Assembly (NCBI GenBank): GCA_025360225.1
Contig: JANYCN010000049.1
Coordinates: forward strand, 1,555-65,554
From: Actinomycetes bacterium
Lineage (GTDB): Bacteria > Actinomycetota > Thermoleophilia > Gaiellales > F1-60-MAGs149
DNA length: 64,000 nt
Direction of reading: 5' to 3'
Below the pieces are notes generated by a model, which was not told where the DNA came from, made no database searches, and saw only the letters and a list, made by a program, of their open reading frames with translations. Shown piece after piece: positions 1 to 8,864 of the stretch. Each line of letters starts with the position of its first letter. Positions within the stretch are counted from its first letter, which is position 1. The translations under genes and the position numbers were made by a program.

Positions 1-954
1 CGACCCAGGGTTGAAGTCGGTGGCGAGGACGATCGCCCCGCCGGCGTCCGCAAGGGCGCGGGCGGGCGGCATCGGCAGGTCGAGGTAGAGCGCGCAGAGC
101 GGCAGACAGACGCCAGCGACACCGGAGGCGGCGAGCAGCGCGACCCCGTCCGCACCGGTCTGCTCGAGATGGTCGACCGAGGCTGCGCCAAGCTCGGCGG
201 CGAGCGCGATCGCGCCACACTCTGAGAATTGATCGCCGTGAATTCGCAGCGCTAACCCAAGAGCCCGGGCGGCGACGAGGAACGGGCGGCACTCCTCTGC
301 GCTGAACGCTCCACGCTCGAGGAACACGTCAGCAGCCGTCGCGAGCTCGCGGCAGGCCGGCAGGATCTCCTCGATCGCCACCTGCACGTAGGCCGCCGCC
401 GACGGCATCTCCGGCGGCAGGGCATGGAGCGCGAGGCAGGTGCCGAGGACGCGGACGTCCGCGAGGGCGGCACCCGCGTGAGCGGCGCGCAGCATCGCCG
501 CCTCCGAGCGTGCATCGAGCCCGTAGCCTGACTTCACCTCCGCCGTCGTCGTGCCCAGCCGGCGCATCGCAGCAAGGCGCCGTGCCGCACCAGCGGCGAG
601 CTCGTCGTCCGACGCGGCGCGCACCGCGGCGACGCTCGAGCGGATCCCGCCGCCAGCCGCGGCGATCTCCTCGTAGCCCTGGCCCTGCGCTCGGCGATCG
701 AACTCGTCGATGCGCGACCCGGCCCAGACGGCGTGCGTGTGGCAGTCGACGAGGCCGGGGATCGCGCTCATGCCGGTGGCGTCGATGCCGTTGCGTGCGT
801 CGTGGCTCGCCACGATCGACTCGCGCGACCCGATGGCGACGATCCGCCCGTTGTCGATCGCGATCGCCCCGTCACGGTGCACCACGAAGGAGCCCCTGGC
901 GTCGACCGTCGCGATCGTCGCCAGGTGGTCGATGATCAGCTCGACGTCTGCCAT
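1..954 (-). CDS. hutI: Imidazolonepropionase (HutI); C-terminal end cut by the window edge
   Basis: My own minus-strand translation from ATG 954..952 gives MADVELIIDHLATIATVDARGSF...PGLVDCHTHAVWAGSR...TTAEVKSGYGLD...LRIHGDQFSECGAI...ATDFNPGS. These are amidohydrolase/HutI-type motifs (HxH, KSGYGL, HGDQ). The ORF runs off the window start, so it is absent from the ORF track. Confidence 0.85.
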   Translation of the reverse strand, partial: MADVELIIDHLATIATVDARGSFVVHRDGAIAIDNGRIVAIGSRESIVASHDARNGIDATGMSAIPGLVDCHTHAVWAGSRIDEFDRRAQGQGYEEIAAAGGGIRSSVAAVRAASDDELAAGAARRLAAMRRLGTTTAEVKSGYGLDARSEAAMLRAAHAGAALADVRVLGTCLALHALPPEMPSAAAYVQVAIEEILPACRELATAADVFLERGAFSAEECRPFLVAARALGLALRIHGDQFSECGAIALAAELGAASVDHLEQTGADGVALLAASGVAGVCLPLCALYLDLPMPPARALADAGGAIVLATDFNPGS

Positions 955-964
955 GCTCCCGAGT

Positions 965-2446
965 ATGACGGAGGCGCTCGAGATCGGGATCAGCCCGCTG
1001 GTGATCGGCGACGTCGTCGCCGTGGCACGCGACGGTCGGCGCGTCGTGCTTGCCGCGGGGGTGCGGGAACGGATCGCCGGCGGCAGAGTGGCGCTCGAGG
1101 AGCTCGCTGCTCATGAGCCGCCGACGTACGGCGTGAACACCGGATTCGGGCACCTGTCGAGCGTCCGGATCCCGGCCTCAGAGCAGGCTCAGCTGCAGCT
1201 GAACCTCGTCCGCTCGCACGCCTGCGGCGTCGGCGAGCCGCTGCCCGACGACATCGTCCGCGGCATGCTGCTGCTGCTCGCGAACTCGCTCGCGAAGGGC
1301 CATTCAGGCGTTCGGCCCGTCGTCGTCGAGACGGTGCTCGCGCTGGTCAACGCGAACGTCCTACCCGTCGTGCCGTCCCGCGGCTCGGTCGGCGCGTCAG
1401 GCGACCTGGCACCCCTCGCGCACTGCGCCATGACCCTGATCGGCGAGGGGACCGACCTCGCCGCGTCGGGCATCGCACCCGTCGTGCTGCAGTCGAAGGA
1501 GGGCCTCGCGCTCCTGAACGGCACGCACCTGATGGCGGCGAGCGGCGCGCTCGCCGCGGCCGACGCACTGCGACTCGTGACGGCTGCCGTGACGGCTGGC
1601 GCGATGTCGATCGAGGCGCTGCTTGGCTCCCACAACCCGTTCGACGCACGGGTACACGAGCTCCGTCGCCAACCGGGGCAGATCGCCGTCGCCGCGCGCC
1701 TGCGCGACCTGCTCGCAGGATCGAGCATCGTCGAGAGCCACGCGAACTGCGCACGCGTCCAGGACCCCTACAGCTTCCGCTGCATCCCGCAGGTGCTCGG
1801 TGCTGTCGCCGACGGGCTCGAGCACGCGCGGGCGACGATCAGCCGCGAGCTCGACGCCGTGACCGACAACCCGCTGGTGTTCGTCGAGGACGGAAGGGGC
1901 CGCGCGATCAGCGCCGGGAACTTCCACGGACAACCGCTCTCGCTGGTGCTCGACCTGGCGGCGATCGCTGTTGCCGAGCTCGCCGGCTTCTCCGAGCGGC
2001 GAAGCTACGCGCTTCTCTCCCCCGGCCCGGCGAACCTGCCGGCCTTCCTCGCTGCCGCCCCGGGCCTCGAGTCGGGGCTGATGATCCTGCAGTACACCGC
2101 GGCGTCGCTCGTCGCCGAGCTCGCGGTGCTCGCGCACCCGGCCGGCGTGCACAGCGTGCCGACATCGGCTGGGATGGAGGACTTCAACTCGATGGGCGCG
2201 ACGGCCGCGCTGAAGCTGTGCCAGGCGCTCGATCACGCCTACCACGTCGTCGCGATCGAGCTCGTCTGCGCCGCCCAAGGGCTCGAGCACCACCGCCCGC
2301 TGCGGTCCGGGATCGGCGTCGAGGCGGCCCTTGCCCGCGTCCGCACGATCGTTGCGCCGATCACCAGCGACCGCTCGACGTCGGCCGACCTCGGCGCGCT
2401 CGCCACCGCCCTGCGGAACGGCCTGCTCGACGCGATCGTCCCGTGA
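965..2446 (+). CDS. hutH: Histidine ammonia-lyase
   Basis: Lies within track ORF 710..2446. I place the start at ATG 965 ([24 protein letters not shown]). MIO-forming motif [14 protein letters not shown] is present, plus YGVNTGFG and NFHGQP blocks. Confidence 0.92.
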   Translation: MTEALEIGISPLVIGDVVAVARDGRRVVLAAGVRERIAGGRVALEELAAHEPPTYGVNTGFGHLSSVRIPASEQAQLQLNLVRSHACGVGEPLPDDIVRGMLLLLANSLAKGHSGVRPVVVETVLALVNANVLPVVPSRGSVGASGDLAPLAHCAMTLIGEGTDLAASGIAPVVLQSKEGLALLNGTHLMAASGALAAADALRLVTAAVTAGAMSIEALLGSHNPFDARVHELRRQPGQIAVAARLRDLLAGSSIVESHANCARVQDPYSFRCIPQVLGAVADGLEHARATISRELDAVTDNPLVFVEDGRGRAISAGNFHGQPLSLVLDLAAIAVAELAGFSERRSYALLSPGPANLPAFLAAAPGLESGLMILQYTAASLVAELAVLAHPAGVHSVPTSAGMEDFNSMGATAALKLCQALDHAYHVVAIELVCAAQGLEHHRPLRSGIGVEAALARVRTIVAPITSDRSTSADLGALATALRNGLLDAIVP

Positions 2447-4461
2447 ACCGTCTCGCGACGGAGACGTCGCCGTACCTGCTTCAGCACAGCGGGAATCCCG
2501 TCCACTGGCAGGCGTGGGGGCCGGAGGCGTTCGCCGAGGCGCGAGATCGTGACGTCGCCGTCCTCGTCTCGATCGGCTACAGCTCGTGTCACTGGTGTCA
2601 CGTGATGGCGCACGAGTCGTTCGAGGACGCGGCGACGGCCGAGCTGATGAACCGCCTGTTCGTGTGCGTGAAGGTCGACCGCGAGGAGCGCCCGGACGTC
2701 GACGCGGTCTACATGGATGCGGTCGTCGCCCAGACCGGACATGGCGGCTGGCCGATGACGGTGTTCGTCACGGCCGACGGCCGGCCGTTCTGGGGCGGCA
2801 CGTACTTCCCGCCCGAGCCGCGCCACGGCATGCCATCGTTCCGCCAGGTGCTCGACGGCGTCGCCGACGCCCACCGTCATCGCCGCGGCGACGTGCTGCA
2901 CCAGGCGGGTGAGTTGACGGCGCAGATCGGACGACACCTGGAGGGCGCGCGCACGGACGACGAGCTAACCTGGAGCACCGTCGACCGGGCGCTCGGGGCC
3001 CTGCGGAACGCGTTTGACGCAGAACACGGCGGGTTCGGCGGTGCGCCGAAGTTCCCACCGTCTGCACTGCTACCGACGCTCCTCGGCCTCGGTGAACGCG
3101 GCTACGCAGCGGAGATGGCGCTCGCGACCCTCGACGCGATCGCCGACGGCGGCATCCACGACCAGCTCGGCGGCGGCTTCCACCGCTACGCCGTCGATGG
3201 CGTCTGGCTCGTGCCGCACTTCGAGAAGATGCTGTACGACAACGCGTTGCTCGCCCGCGCGTACGCGCACGGGCACTCGCTCACCGGCGAGGAGCGGCTT
3301 GCTGACGTGGCGCGGTCGACGCTCGCCTATCTCGACCGGGAGATGCTTCTGCCGGGCGGTGGTCTGGCCTCCGCCCAGGACGCGGACACCGACGGCGTCG
3401 AGGGGGCAACCTTCGTGTGGTCACCGTCGGCCATCGCGGCGGTCGTTGGCGATGCCGACTCGGCGATCGTCTGCCGGCGTTTCGGCGTCACCACGGCCGG
3501 CAACTTCGAGGGTGCGAACGTGCTCTCCGCCGCCGCCGCCGCATCACCGGCGGAGCTCGCGGTTGTAGACGCGGCGCGTCCCCGGCTGCTTGCCGCACGC
3601 GACCTCCGTCGTCAGCCGTTCCGCGATGACAAGGCGATCACGGCGTGGAACGGCATGGCGCTCGGCGCCTACGCCGACACCGGCCGCATCGTCGGCGACG
3701 CCGCGTTGATCGAACGCGCGCGGCAGATCGCAGCGTTTCTCCTCGGTCCGCTCTCCCGCAGGGACGGCCGTCTCCTCAGGACGTGGCGGGCTGGCGAGGC
3801 GCGGATCGACGCCTTCTCCGAGGACTACGGCGCGGTCGCAGACGGGCTCGTGGCGCTGCACCGCGCCACGGGCGAGCTCACGTGGCTGGCGGAGGCGCGT
3901 CGGCTAACGGGACTCGCGCTCGAGCTGTTCGACGAGGACGGTTCAGGCGCGTTCCTGCAGGCCCCACGCGACGGCGAACGGCTTGCGGCACGCCGCCGTG
4001 ATGCAGACGACAACCCGACACCATCTGGGTCGTCGCTACTCGCGGGCTGCCTCGTCCGACTCGGACGCGTGTACGACGACCGCGCGTGGGAGGACCGCGG
4101 CGCTGACGCCGTTCGTGCGCTCGGACGGATGCTCGAACGCGCGCCATCGGCGTTCGGGCACCTGCTCGGCACGCTGCACCTGCTGCTCGACGCACCACGC
4201 GAGGTGGCGATCGTCGGGCGGGCCGACGATCCGCGCACGTACGCGCTGCGTGCAGCCGTCGACGCTGTGTATGACCCGAACCTGATCGTCGTCATCGCCG
4301 ACCCACGCGACCCGCTCGCGCCGTCGATCCCGCTGCTCGCCGGGCGCGGACTGGTCGACGGAAGACCTGCGGCCTACGTGTGCGAGCGGATGATGTGCGC
4401 CCGCCCTGTGACGGACCGCGCGGCGCTCGTTGCGCTCCTCGCGCCGTCCGTGATCACCTGA
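2443..4461 (+). CDS. Thioredoxin-domain protein of the DUF255/YyaL type (N-terminal thioredoxin-like domain plus alpha/alpha-toroid domain)
   Basis: Lies within track ORF 2218..4461. GTG 2443 overlaps the hutH stop as GTGA. N-terminus reads [30 protein letters not shown]...[17 protein letters not shown], which is typical of this family. Confidence 0.85.
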   Translation: MNRLATETSPYLLQHSGNPVHWQAWGPEAFAEARDRDVAVLVSIGYSSCHWCHVMAHESFEDAATAELMNRLFVCVKVDREERPDVDAVYMDAVVAQTGHGGWPMTVFVTADGRPFWGGTYFPPEPRHGMPSFRQVLDGVADAHRHRRGDVLHQAGELTAQIGRHLEGARTDDELTWSTVDRALGALRNAFDAEHGGFGGAPKFPPSALLPTLLGLGERGYAAEMALATLDAIADGGIHDQLGGGFHRYAVDGVWLVPHFEKMLYDNALLARAYAHGHSLTGEERLADVARSTLAYLDREMLLPGGGLASAQDADTDGVEGATFVWSPSAIAAVVGDADSAIVCRRFGVTTAGNFEGANVLSAAAAASPAELAVVDAARPRLLAARDLRRQPFRDDKAITAWNGMALGAYADTGRIVGDAALIERARQIAAFLLGPLSRRDGRLLRTWRAGEARIDAFSEDYGAVADGLVALHRATGELTWLAEARRLTGLALELFDEDGSGAFLQAPRDGERLAARRRDADDNPTPSGSSLLAGCLVRLGRVYDDRAWEDRGADAVRALGRMLERAPSAFGHLLGTLHLLLDAPREVAIVGRADDPRTYALRAAVDAVYDPNLIVVIADPRDPLAPSIPLLAGRGLVDGRPAAYVCERMMCARPVTDRAALVALLAPSVIT

Positions 4462-4499
4462 TCGATTCCCGTGACGACGGCCCTGCGAGCCTGCTCGGC

Positions 4500-4733
4500 A
4501 TGGACTCTCGCATCGACCGCAACGCCCTGCACCGCTTCCTCGACGAGCAGATCACCCTGATCGAGGCGACGCCGTTGCCGCGCGAGGTGCGCGCTCTCGT
4601 ACCCTCTGCCGATGTCGCCGACGGCGACCTCGGCTGCGTCTGGCTCGCCGCGGGCCTCGCGACCCAGGTCGGGCTCGTCCTGATGGAGGAGCCGCAGCGG
4701 TTCGTCGAGCTCGCACCCGGCCTGTCCCGCTGA
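4500..4733 (+). CDS. Hypothetical small protein (77 aa)
   Basis: Internal ATG of track ORF 4380..4733. Third-position GC is strongly elevated in this frame. No recognisable motif. Confidence 0.5.
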   Translation: MDSRIDRNALHRFLDEQITLIEATPLPREVRALVPSADVADGDLGCVWLAAGLATQVGLVLMEEPQRFVELAPGLSR

Positions 4734-4741
4734 ACCACGCG

Positions 4742-5416
4742 TCAGATCGCGGTCGCACGCCCCGTCTCGAGCGCGGCGATCGCGGCTACCCAGCGCTCGG
4801 TAAGAACGTGTGCCGCCTCGTGCGGCTCACGGTCGACAAGGTCAGCCATCGCCAGTGGTGGCCCGATCGTCGCCGTGAAGCGCGGCAGCCGCGGCGGGAA
4901 CAGCCTGAAGGCGGTAACACCATCGATCGCCACGGGGATCATCGGCACGGCTGCCGAAAGGGCGACGCGCGCCGCCCCCGACCGTGGCCGCGGCGGCGCG
5001 CCGGCAGCCGGCTTCCGTGTCCCTTCGGGGTAGATCGCCAGCGCCCACCCCTCGCGTGCGAGGTCGATCGCGAGGTCGATCGCCGCCGAGTCCGACCGGC
5101 CCCGTTCGACCTTGAACGCGCCAACCGACCGCGCAAGCCACGCCATCGGCGGGAAGAGGTAGATCTCCGCCTTCGCCATGAACCGCAACGGTCGCTCGAT
5201 CGGAAGCGCGATCAGAAACGCGTCGAAGTTCGACCGGTGCTGGCTCGCGATGACGCACCCACCGGTCGGCGGCACGTTCTCGAGCCCGGTCGCTGTGAGT
5301 CGGAAGGCGATGCGAAAGAGCGGGCGCGTGACGCCACGCAGCGCGTCGTAGACGGGCATCCGGAGGTATCCACGGCGGTTGCGCTCGTCCCGCCGCGCAC
5401 GTCGGTCAGACGGCAT
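4742..5416 (-). CDS. 1-acyl-sn-glycerol-3-phosphate acyltransferase-like (PlsC family)
   Basis: Acyltransferase motifs HRSNFD (HxxxxD) and YPEGTR. ATG 5359 (MPVYDALRG) is an alternative start. Confidence 0.85.
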   Translation of the reverse strand: MPSDRRARRDERNRRGYLRMPVYDALRGVTRPLFRIAFRLTATGLENVPPTGGCVIASQHRSNFDAFLIALPIERPLRFMAKAEIYLFPPMAWLARSVGAFKVERGRSDSAAIDLAIDLAREGWALAIYPEGTRKPAAGAPPRPRSGAARVALSAAVPMIPVAIDGVTAFRLFPPRLPRFTATIGPPLAMADLVDREPHEAAHVLTERWVAAIAALETGRATAI

Positions 5417-6398
5417 AGACGCCGTCGGTCACGGTCGCCGGATCAGGCCAAGGCGAGGCATCGGCCAAGGCGACCGCCTCGTCGACGACGCGTGCAACCT
5501 CCTGCGCGACCGCGTCGATCTCCTCGTCGGCGATGCCGCCCTCCCCACGCAGCCACCGCTCGCAGCGAGCGATCGGATCAGACTGCTCCCACGCAGCGAG
5601 CAGGTCGCGCGGCACGTAGCTCGCGTCGTCGTGGATCGCGTGGCCGTCCATCCGCAAGGTCACGAGCTCGAGCAGCGTCGGGCCGCCACCTGCGCGCGCC
5701 TTCTCGATCGCCGCCGACGCAGCGGCGTGAACCGCGAGGACGTCGGTTCCGTCAACGACGCTCCCCTCGAAGCCATAGCTGGCGGCGCGATCGGCGAGGT
5801 GGGCGCAGGCGTAGTTCAGGTCAGCCGGCGTCGAGTAGGCGAACTGGTTGTTGTCGACGATGAACACGATCGGCAACCGACGGACGGCAGCGAGGTTCAT
5901 GCACTCGTGCACGTCGCCTCGGGCCGACGACCCATCGCCGAACCAGCCGACAGCGACGCGAGCCTCTGACCGGATCCGGAACGCGAGGGCGATCCCCGTG
6001 ATCGTCGGCAGGATCCCTGGCAGGTGCGAGACGCCCGCGATCAACCCGCGATCGAGATCCTGTGAGCGGAGGTTCGAGTCGCGCCCGCGCGTCGCGCCGC
6101 CGTCGCGTCCCATGTACTGGCACAGGAGTCGCCACGGCTCCGCGCCACGGCTCACGTGCACGCCCATGTTGCGATGCAGCGGCGCTGCCACGTCCTCGGG
6201 CCCCATCGCGCTCGCGACACCCACGGACGCCGCCTCGTTGCCGCGGCCGGTGTAGAACGAGCCGGGCAGCTTCCCCTGCTTGAACAGCGCCGAGCCGCGC
6301 TCCTCCAGCCCGCGCGTCAGCAGCATGCGCCGGTACAGCTCGAGCTCGAACGTCGTCACGAGCGCATTGTCGCACGGCACCACGCGGCGACCGAGCAA
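5406..6398 (-). CDS. Thiamine-diphosphate-dependent 2-oxoacid dehydrogenase E1 component, alpha subunit
   Basis: LELYRRMLLTRGLEERGSALFKQGKLPGSFYTGRGNEA...GDGSSARGDVHECMNLAAVRRLPIVFIVDNNQFAYSTP is an E1-alpha/TPP-binding pattern. Its 3' end overlaps the plsC-like start by 11 nt. Confidence 0.85.
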   Translation of the reverse strand: MLGRRVVPCDNALVTTFELELYRRMLLTRGLEERGSALFKQGKLPGSFYTGRGNEAASVGVASAMGPEDVAAPLHRNMGVHVSRGAEPWRLLCQYMGRDGGATRGRDSNLRSQDLDRGLIAGVSHLPGILPTITGIALAFRIRSEARVAVGWFGDGSSARGDVHECMNLAAVRRLPIVFIVDNNQFAYSTPADLNYACAHLADRAASYGFEGSVVDGTDVLAVHAAASAAIEKARAGGGPTLLELVTLRMDGHAIHDDASYVPRDLLAAWEQSDPIARCERWLRGEGGIADEEIDAVAQEVARVVDEAVALADASPWPDPATVTDGVYAV

Positions 6399-6425
6399 AG
6401 CACGGCGCGTCTCGCGGTCAGACGG

Positions 6426-7361
6426 CTAGGAAGCCGCGAGGCGGAGCAGCACGGCGGCGGCGGTGTGGAGGCGGTTCTCCGCCTGATCGAAGACGGCCGA
6501 TTGCGGGCCCTCGAGCACGGACTCGGTGACCTCCTCGCCGCGGTGGGCGGGGAGGCAGTGCAGGAAGACGGCGTCGGGTCGGGCGAGCGCCATGAGCGCG
6601 TCATCTACCCGGTAGAGGGCGAGGTCGGCGAGCTTCTGCGCGCGGCGATCATCCTCTCCCATCGAGACGAACACGTCGGTGTAGACCGCGCAGGCGCCGG
6701 TGACCGCCGCGACCGGGTCGCCGGTGATCGTGACCGAACCACCGGTACGCAGGGCGACGGCGACGGCGGCCTCGGCGACGGCGGGCAGCGGGCGATATCC
6801 CTCGGGACACGCGACGCGGACGTGCATTCCGGCTAACGCGCAGGCCTCGATCAACGAGTGCGCGACGTTGTTGCCGTCCCCGACGTAGGCGACCTCGAGC
6901 CCCGCGAGCGCGCCGAAACGCTCGCGCACGGTGAGCAGGTCGGCGAGCGCTTGACACGGATGATGGGTGTCGGTGAGCGCGTTGATGACGGGCACGCTCG
7001 ACCAGCGCGCGAACTCCTCAACGTCGGCGTGGGCGTGCGTGCGCACGACGATCGCCGCGGCATAGCGCGAGATCACCCGTGCCGTGTCGCGGATCGGCTC
7101 GCCCCGACCAAGCTGGAGCTGGTCGGCACTCGCGAACACCGGGTGGCCACCAAGCCGTGCGATTGCCGCCTCGAACGAGAGCCGCGTGCGCGTCGACGGC
7201 TTCGTGAAGTGCATCAGGACGGCTCGACCACCGAGCGCGCGATCGTGGAGCGCGCGGTCGGCCTTCAGGTCAGCCGCGGTGTCGAGCATCCCCCCGAGGT
7301 CAGCCGGCGCGAGCCCCGCGAGCGAGAGGAGATGGGACGTCGAGGCGCAGAGCATTCGCAT
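6426..7361 (-). CDS. argF: Ornithine carbamoyltransferase
   Basis: Motifs FTKPSTRTRLSFEAA, HPCQALADL and HCLPAHRGEEV. The track ORF starts at 7409; I prefer ATG 7361 (MRMLCASTSHLLSL), with 7355 also possible. Confidence 0.88.
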   Translation of the reverse strand: MRMLCASTSHLLSLAGLAPADLGGMLDTAADLKADRALHDRALGGRAVLMHFTKPSTRTRLSFEAAIARLGGHPVFASADQLQLGRGEPIRDTARVISRYAAAIVVRTHAHADVEEFARWSSVPVINALTDTHHPCQALADLLTVRERFGALAGLEVAYVGDGNNVAHSLIEACALAGMHVRVACPEGYRPLPAVAEAAVAVALRTGGSVTITGDPVAAVTGACAVYTDVFVSMGEDDRRAQKLADLALYRVDDALMALARPDAVFLHCLPAHRGEEVTESVLEGPQSAVFDQAENRLHTAAAVLLRLAAS

Positions 7362-7370
7362 GAGTATACA

Positions 7371-7394
7371 CAGCTCTGCATAGTCATGCAGCTG
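7371..7394. promoter_or_regulatory. Imperfect palindrome CAGCTCTGCATAGTCATGCAGCTG, a possible ARG-box-like operator upstream of argF
   Basis: Core CTGCATAGTCATGCAG (7376..7391) is a TGCATA/ATGCA inverted repeat 15-30 nt upstream of the argF start, in the divergent argF / 7421 intergenic region. I recall TGCAT-type half sites for actinobacterial ArgR boxes. The assignment is tentative. Confidence 0.3.
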
Positions 7395-7420
7395 TGACAA
7401 CGTGAACATCTCGGTGTACG

Positions 7421-8629
7421 ATGGCGCAGACGGTGTTTGCGAACGGCGCGCTGCGAGGGGTTCACACGACCCGATACGGGGCGTACGAGGCCGCCGTCAT
7501 GGCGACCATCGTCTTCCTCGTGGCCTACGTCACCGGCACCGCGCTCGCTGCACCAGCCACGCTCCTCGTCGCCCTGTTCAACGTTCCGGTCGCGCTCGTA
7601 CCGGTCGGCGCATGGCTCGCGTGGCACACGCTGTCCGGGCGGGACCGGCGAGTCTGGCTCCTTCAGGCGCTCGCGGCGACCTGCTGGACGGTCGGCACGC
7701 TCGTCTGGTACGCCGCGTTCGCAACAGGCGGAGACGTCGCGCCACGCAACCCGGGGATCTGGAACGTGTTCTTCCTCGCCGGTTACGCGCTCGCCGTGGC
7801 CGGGATGCGGGTCGGGCTCGCCTCAGCCACGCGTCTCACCCACGCGGTCGTTGACACCATCGCGATCGCGGCTGCGCTCGTCGCGTTCGGTTCGATGCTC
7901 GTCGAGAAGGCGGATGCGATCGGCTGGACGACGCGCACCTTCGTGGTGCTCGCGCGCCCAGCGTTCGGCCTTCTGATGATCGTGTTGATCCTCTCCGCCC
8001 TCTTCGGCCGCTGGGAGACGGTGCGCCCATCAGTGCTGATCATGGCCCTCGGTCACGTGTTCCTGACGCTCGGTAGCCTCCGCGGCACGCTCGACTTCCT
8101 CGCGAACGACTTCGCCGACGACCACTGGGCGGACGTGTTGTGGGCAGCCGGCGCCGCCTGCTTCCTCGTCGCCACTGCGCGTGTCATCTGCCACCGCGAC
8201 GAGCAGGGGCCGGGACGGATCGCCGCCCGGCCGGGCTCCGCGCTATGGCTCCGTCTGGGCCTGACGCTGCTGTTGTTCGTCGGCGCGGCACAGGTTTACC
8301 GGGTCGCTGACAGGGATGGCGGGACGCAGGTGAGCGCCTACGCGATGACCGTGATGGGAGCCGCGCTCGCGCTACGCGCGGTGTTCGAGCTACGCGAGCA
8401 CCGCACGACGGTCGTCGCGCTCGAACGCGAGCTGTCCGATGCCCGCCAGACGGGAGCCTCCGTGAAGACGCTGCGCGAGCGGAACATGGACCTCCGGCTT
8501 CGGCAGGTGATGATCGACCAGGCCGTTTCCCGCGAGGCCGAGGACCAGCCGGAGGTCCTTGACGGGTTGATGCGCGCCGTCACCGACCTGTTAGAGCGGA
8601 CAAAGGATCCGCGCCAGGACGAGAGCTAG
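7421..8629 (+). CDS. Polytopic membrane protein with a C-terminal coiled-coil tail and no recognisable output domain
   Basis: About 9-10 hydrophobic segments are followed by RAVFELREHRTTVVALERELSDARQTGASVKTLRERNMDLRLRQ. The stop codon TAG 8627..8629 lies at the junction with the repeat element. Confidence 0.7.
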   Translation: MAQTVFANGALRGVHTTRYGAYEAAVMATIVFLVAYVTGTALAAPATLLVALFNVPVALVPVGAWLAWHTLSGRDRRVWLLQALAATCWTVGTLVWYAAFATGGDVAPRNPGIWNVFFLAGYALAVAGMRVGLASATRLTHAVVDTIAIAAALVAFGSMLVEKADAIGWTTRTFVVLARPAFGLLMIVLILSALFGRWETVRPSVLIMALGHVFLTLGSLRGTLDFLANDFADDHWADVLWAAGAACFLVATARVICHRDEQGPGRIAARPGSALWLRLGLTLLLFVGAAQVYRVADRDGGTQVSAYAMTVMGAALALRAVFELREHRTTVVALERELSDARQTGASVKTLRERNMDLRLRQVMIDQAVSREAEDQPEVLDGLMRAVTDLLERTKDPRQDES

Positions 8630-8741
8630 TGGTCTGATTGTCAAATGGCGTGGTCATTCGCGCGCCTGGATCGTCCTGCGCTGGCTGCGCTCCCGCTCGC
8701 TCCAGACACCAATAACCATGCCACTTGACGATCACACCACT
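8628..8741. mobile_element. Miniature TIR element, copy 1 (114 bp, internal-deletion form A)
   Basis: Left end AGTGGTCTGATTGTCAAATGGCGTGGTCAT matches the reverse complement of the right end, AGTGGTGTGATCGTCAAGTGGCATGGTTAT, at 25/30. It shares GCCTGGATCGTCCTGCGCT and CCGCTCGCTCCAGACACC with copy 3. Confidence 0.8.
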
Positions 8742-8864
8742 TGCGTCAGTAGGGCGTCGATGTCCGGTGGCACACTGGCCTCCTGGTCGGCGTTGGGTAG
8801 CAACGCCGGATTTCGACGCCCACCCCGCGGACCATTCCCGGCCGTTAGAACAATTCGGAATCAA

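Noticed and set aside
8580-8864. Track ORFs crossing the repeat elements (8580..8864 minus, 42501..42890 minus, 42159..42458 plus) that share peptides such as IVKWHGYW / IVKWHGHW
   Set aside because: The similarity comes from repeated DNA (the TIR) read in one frame. The ORFs have no consistent boundaries across copies.
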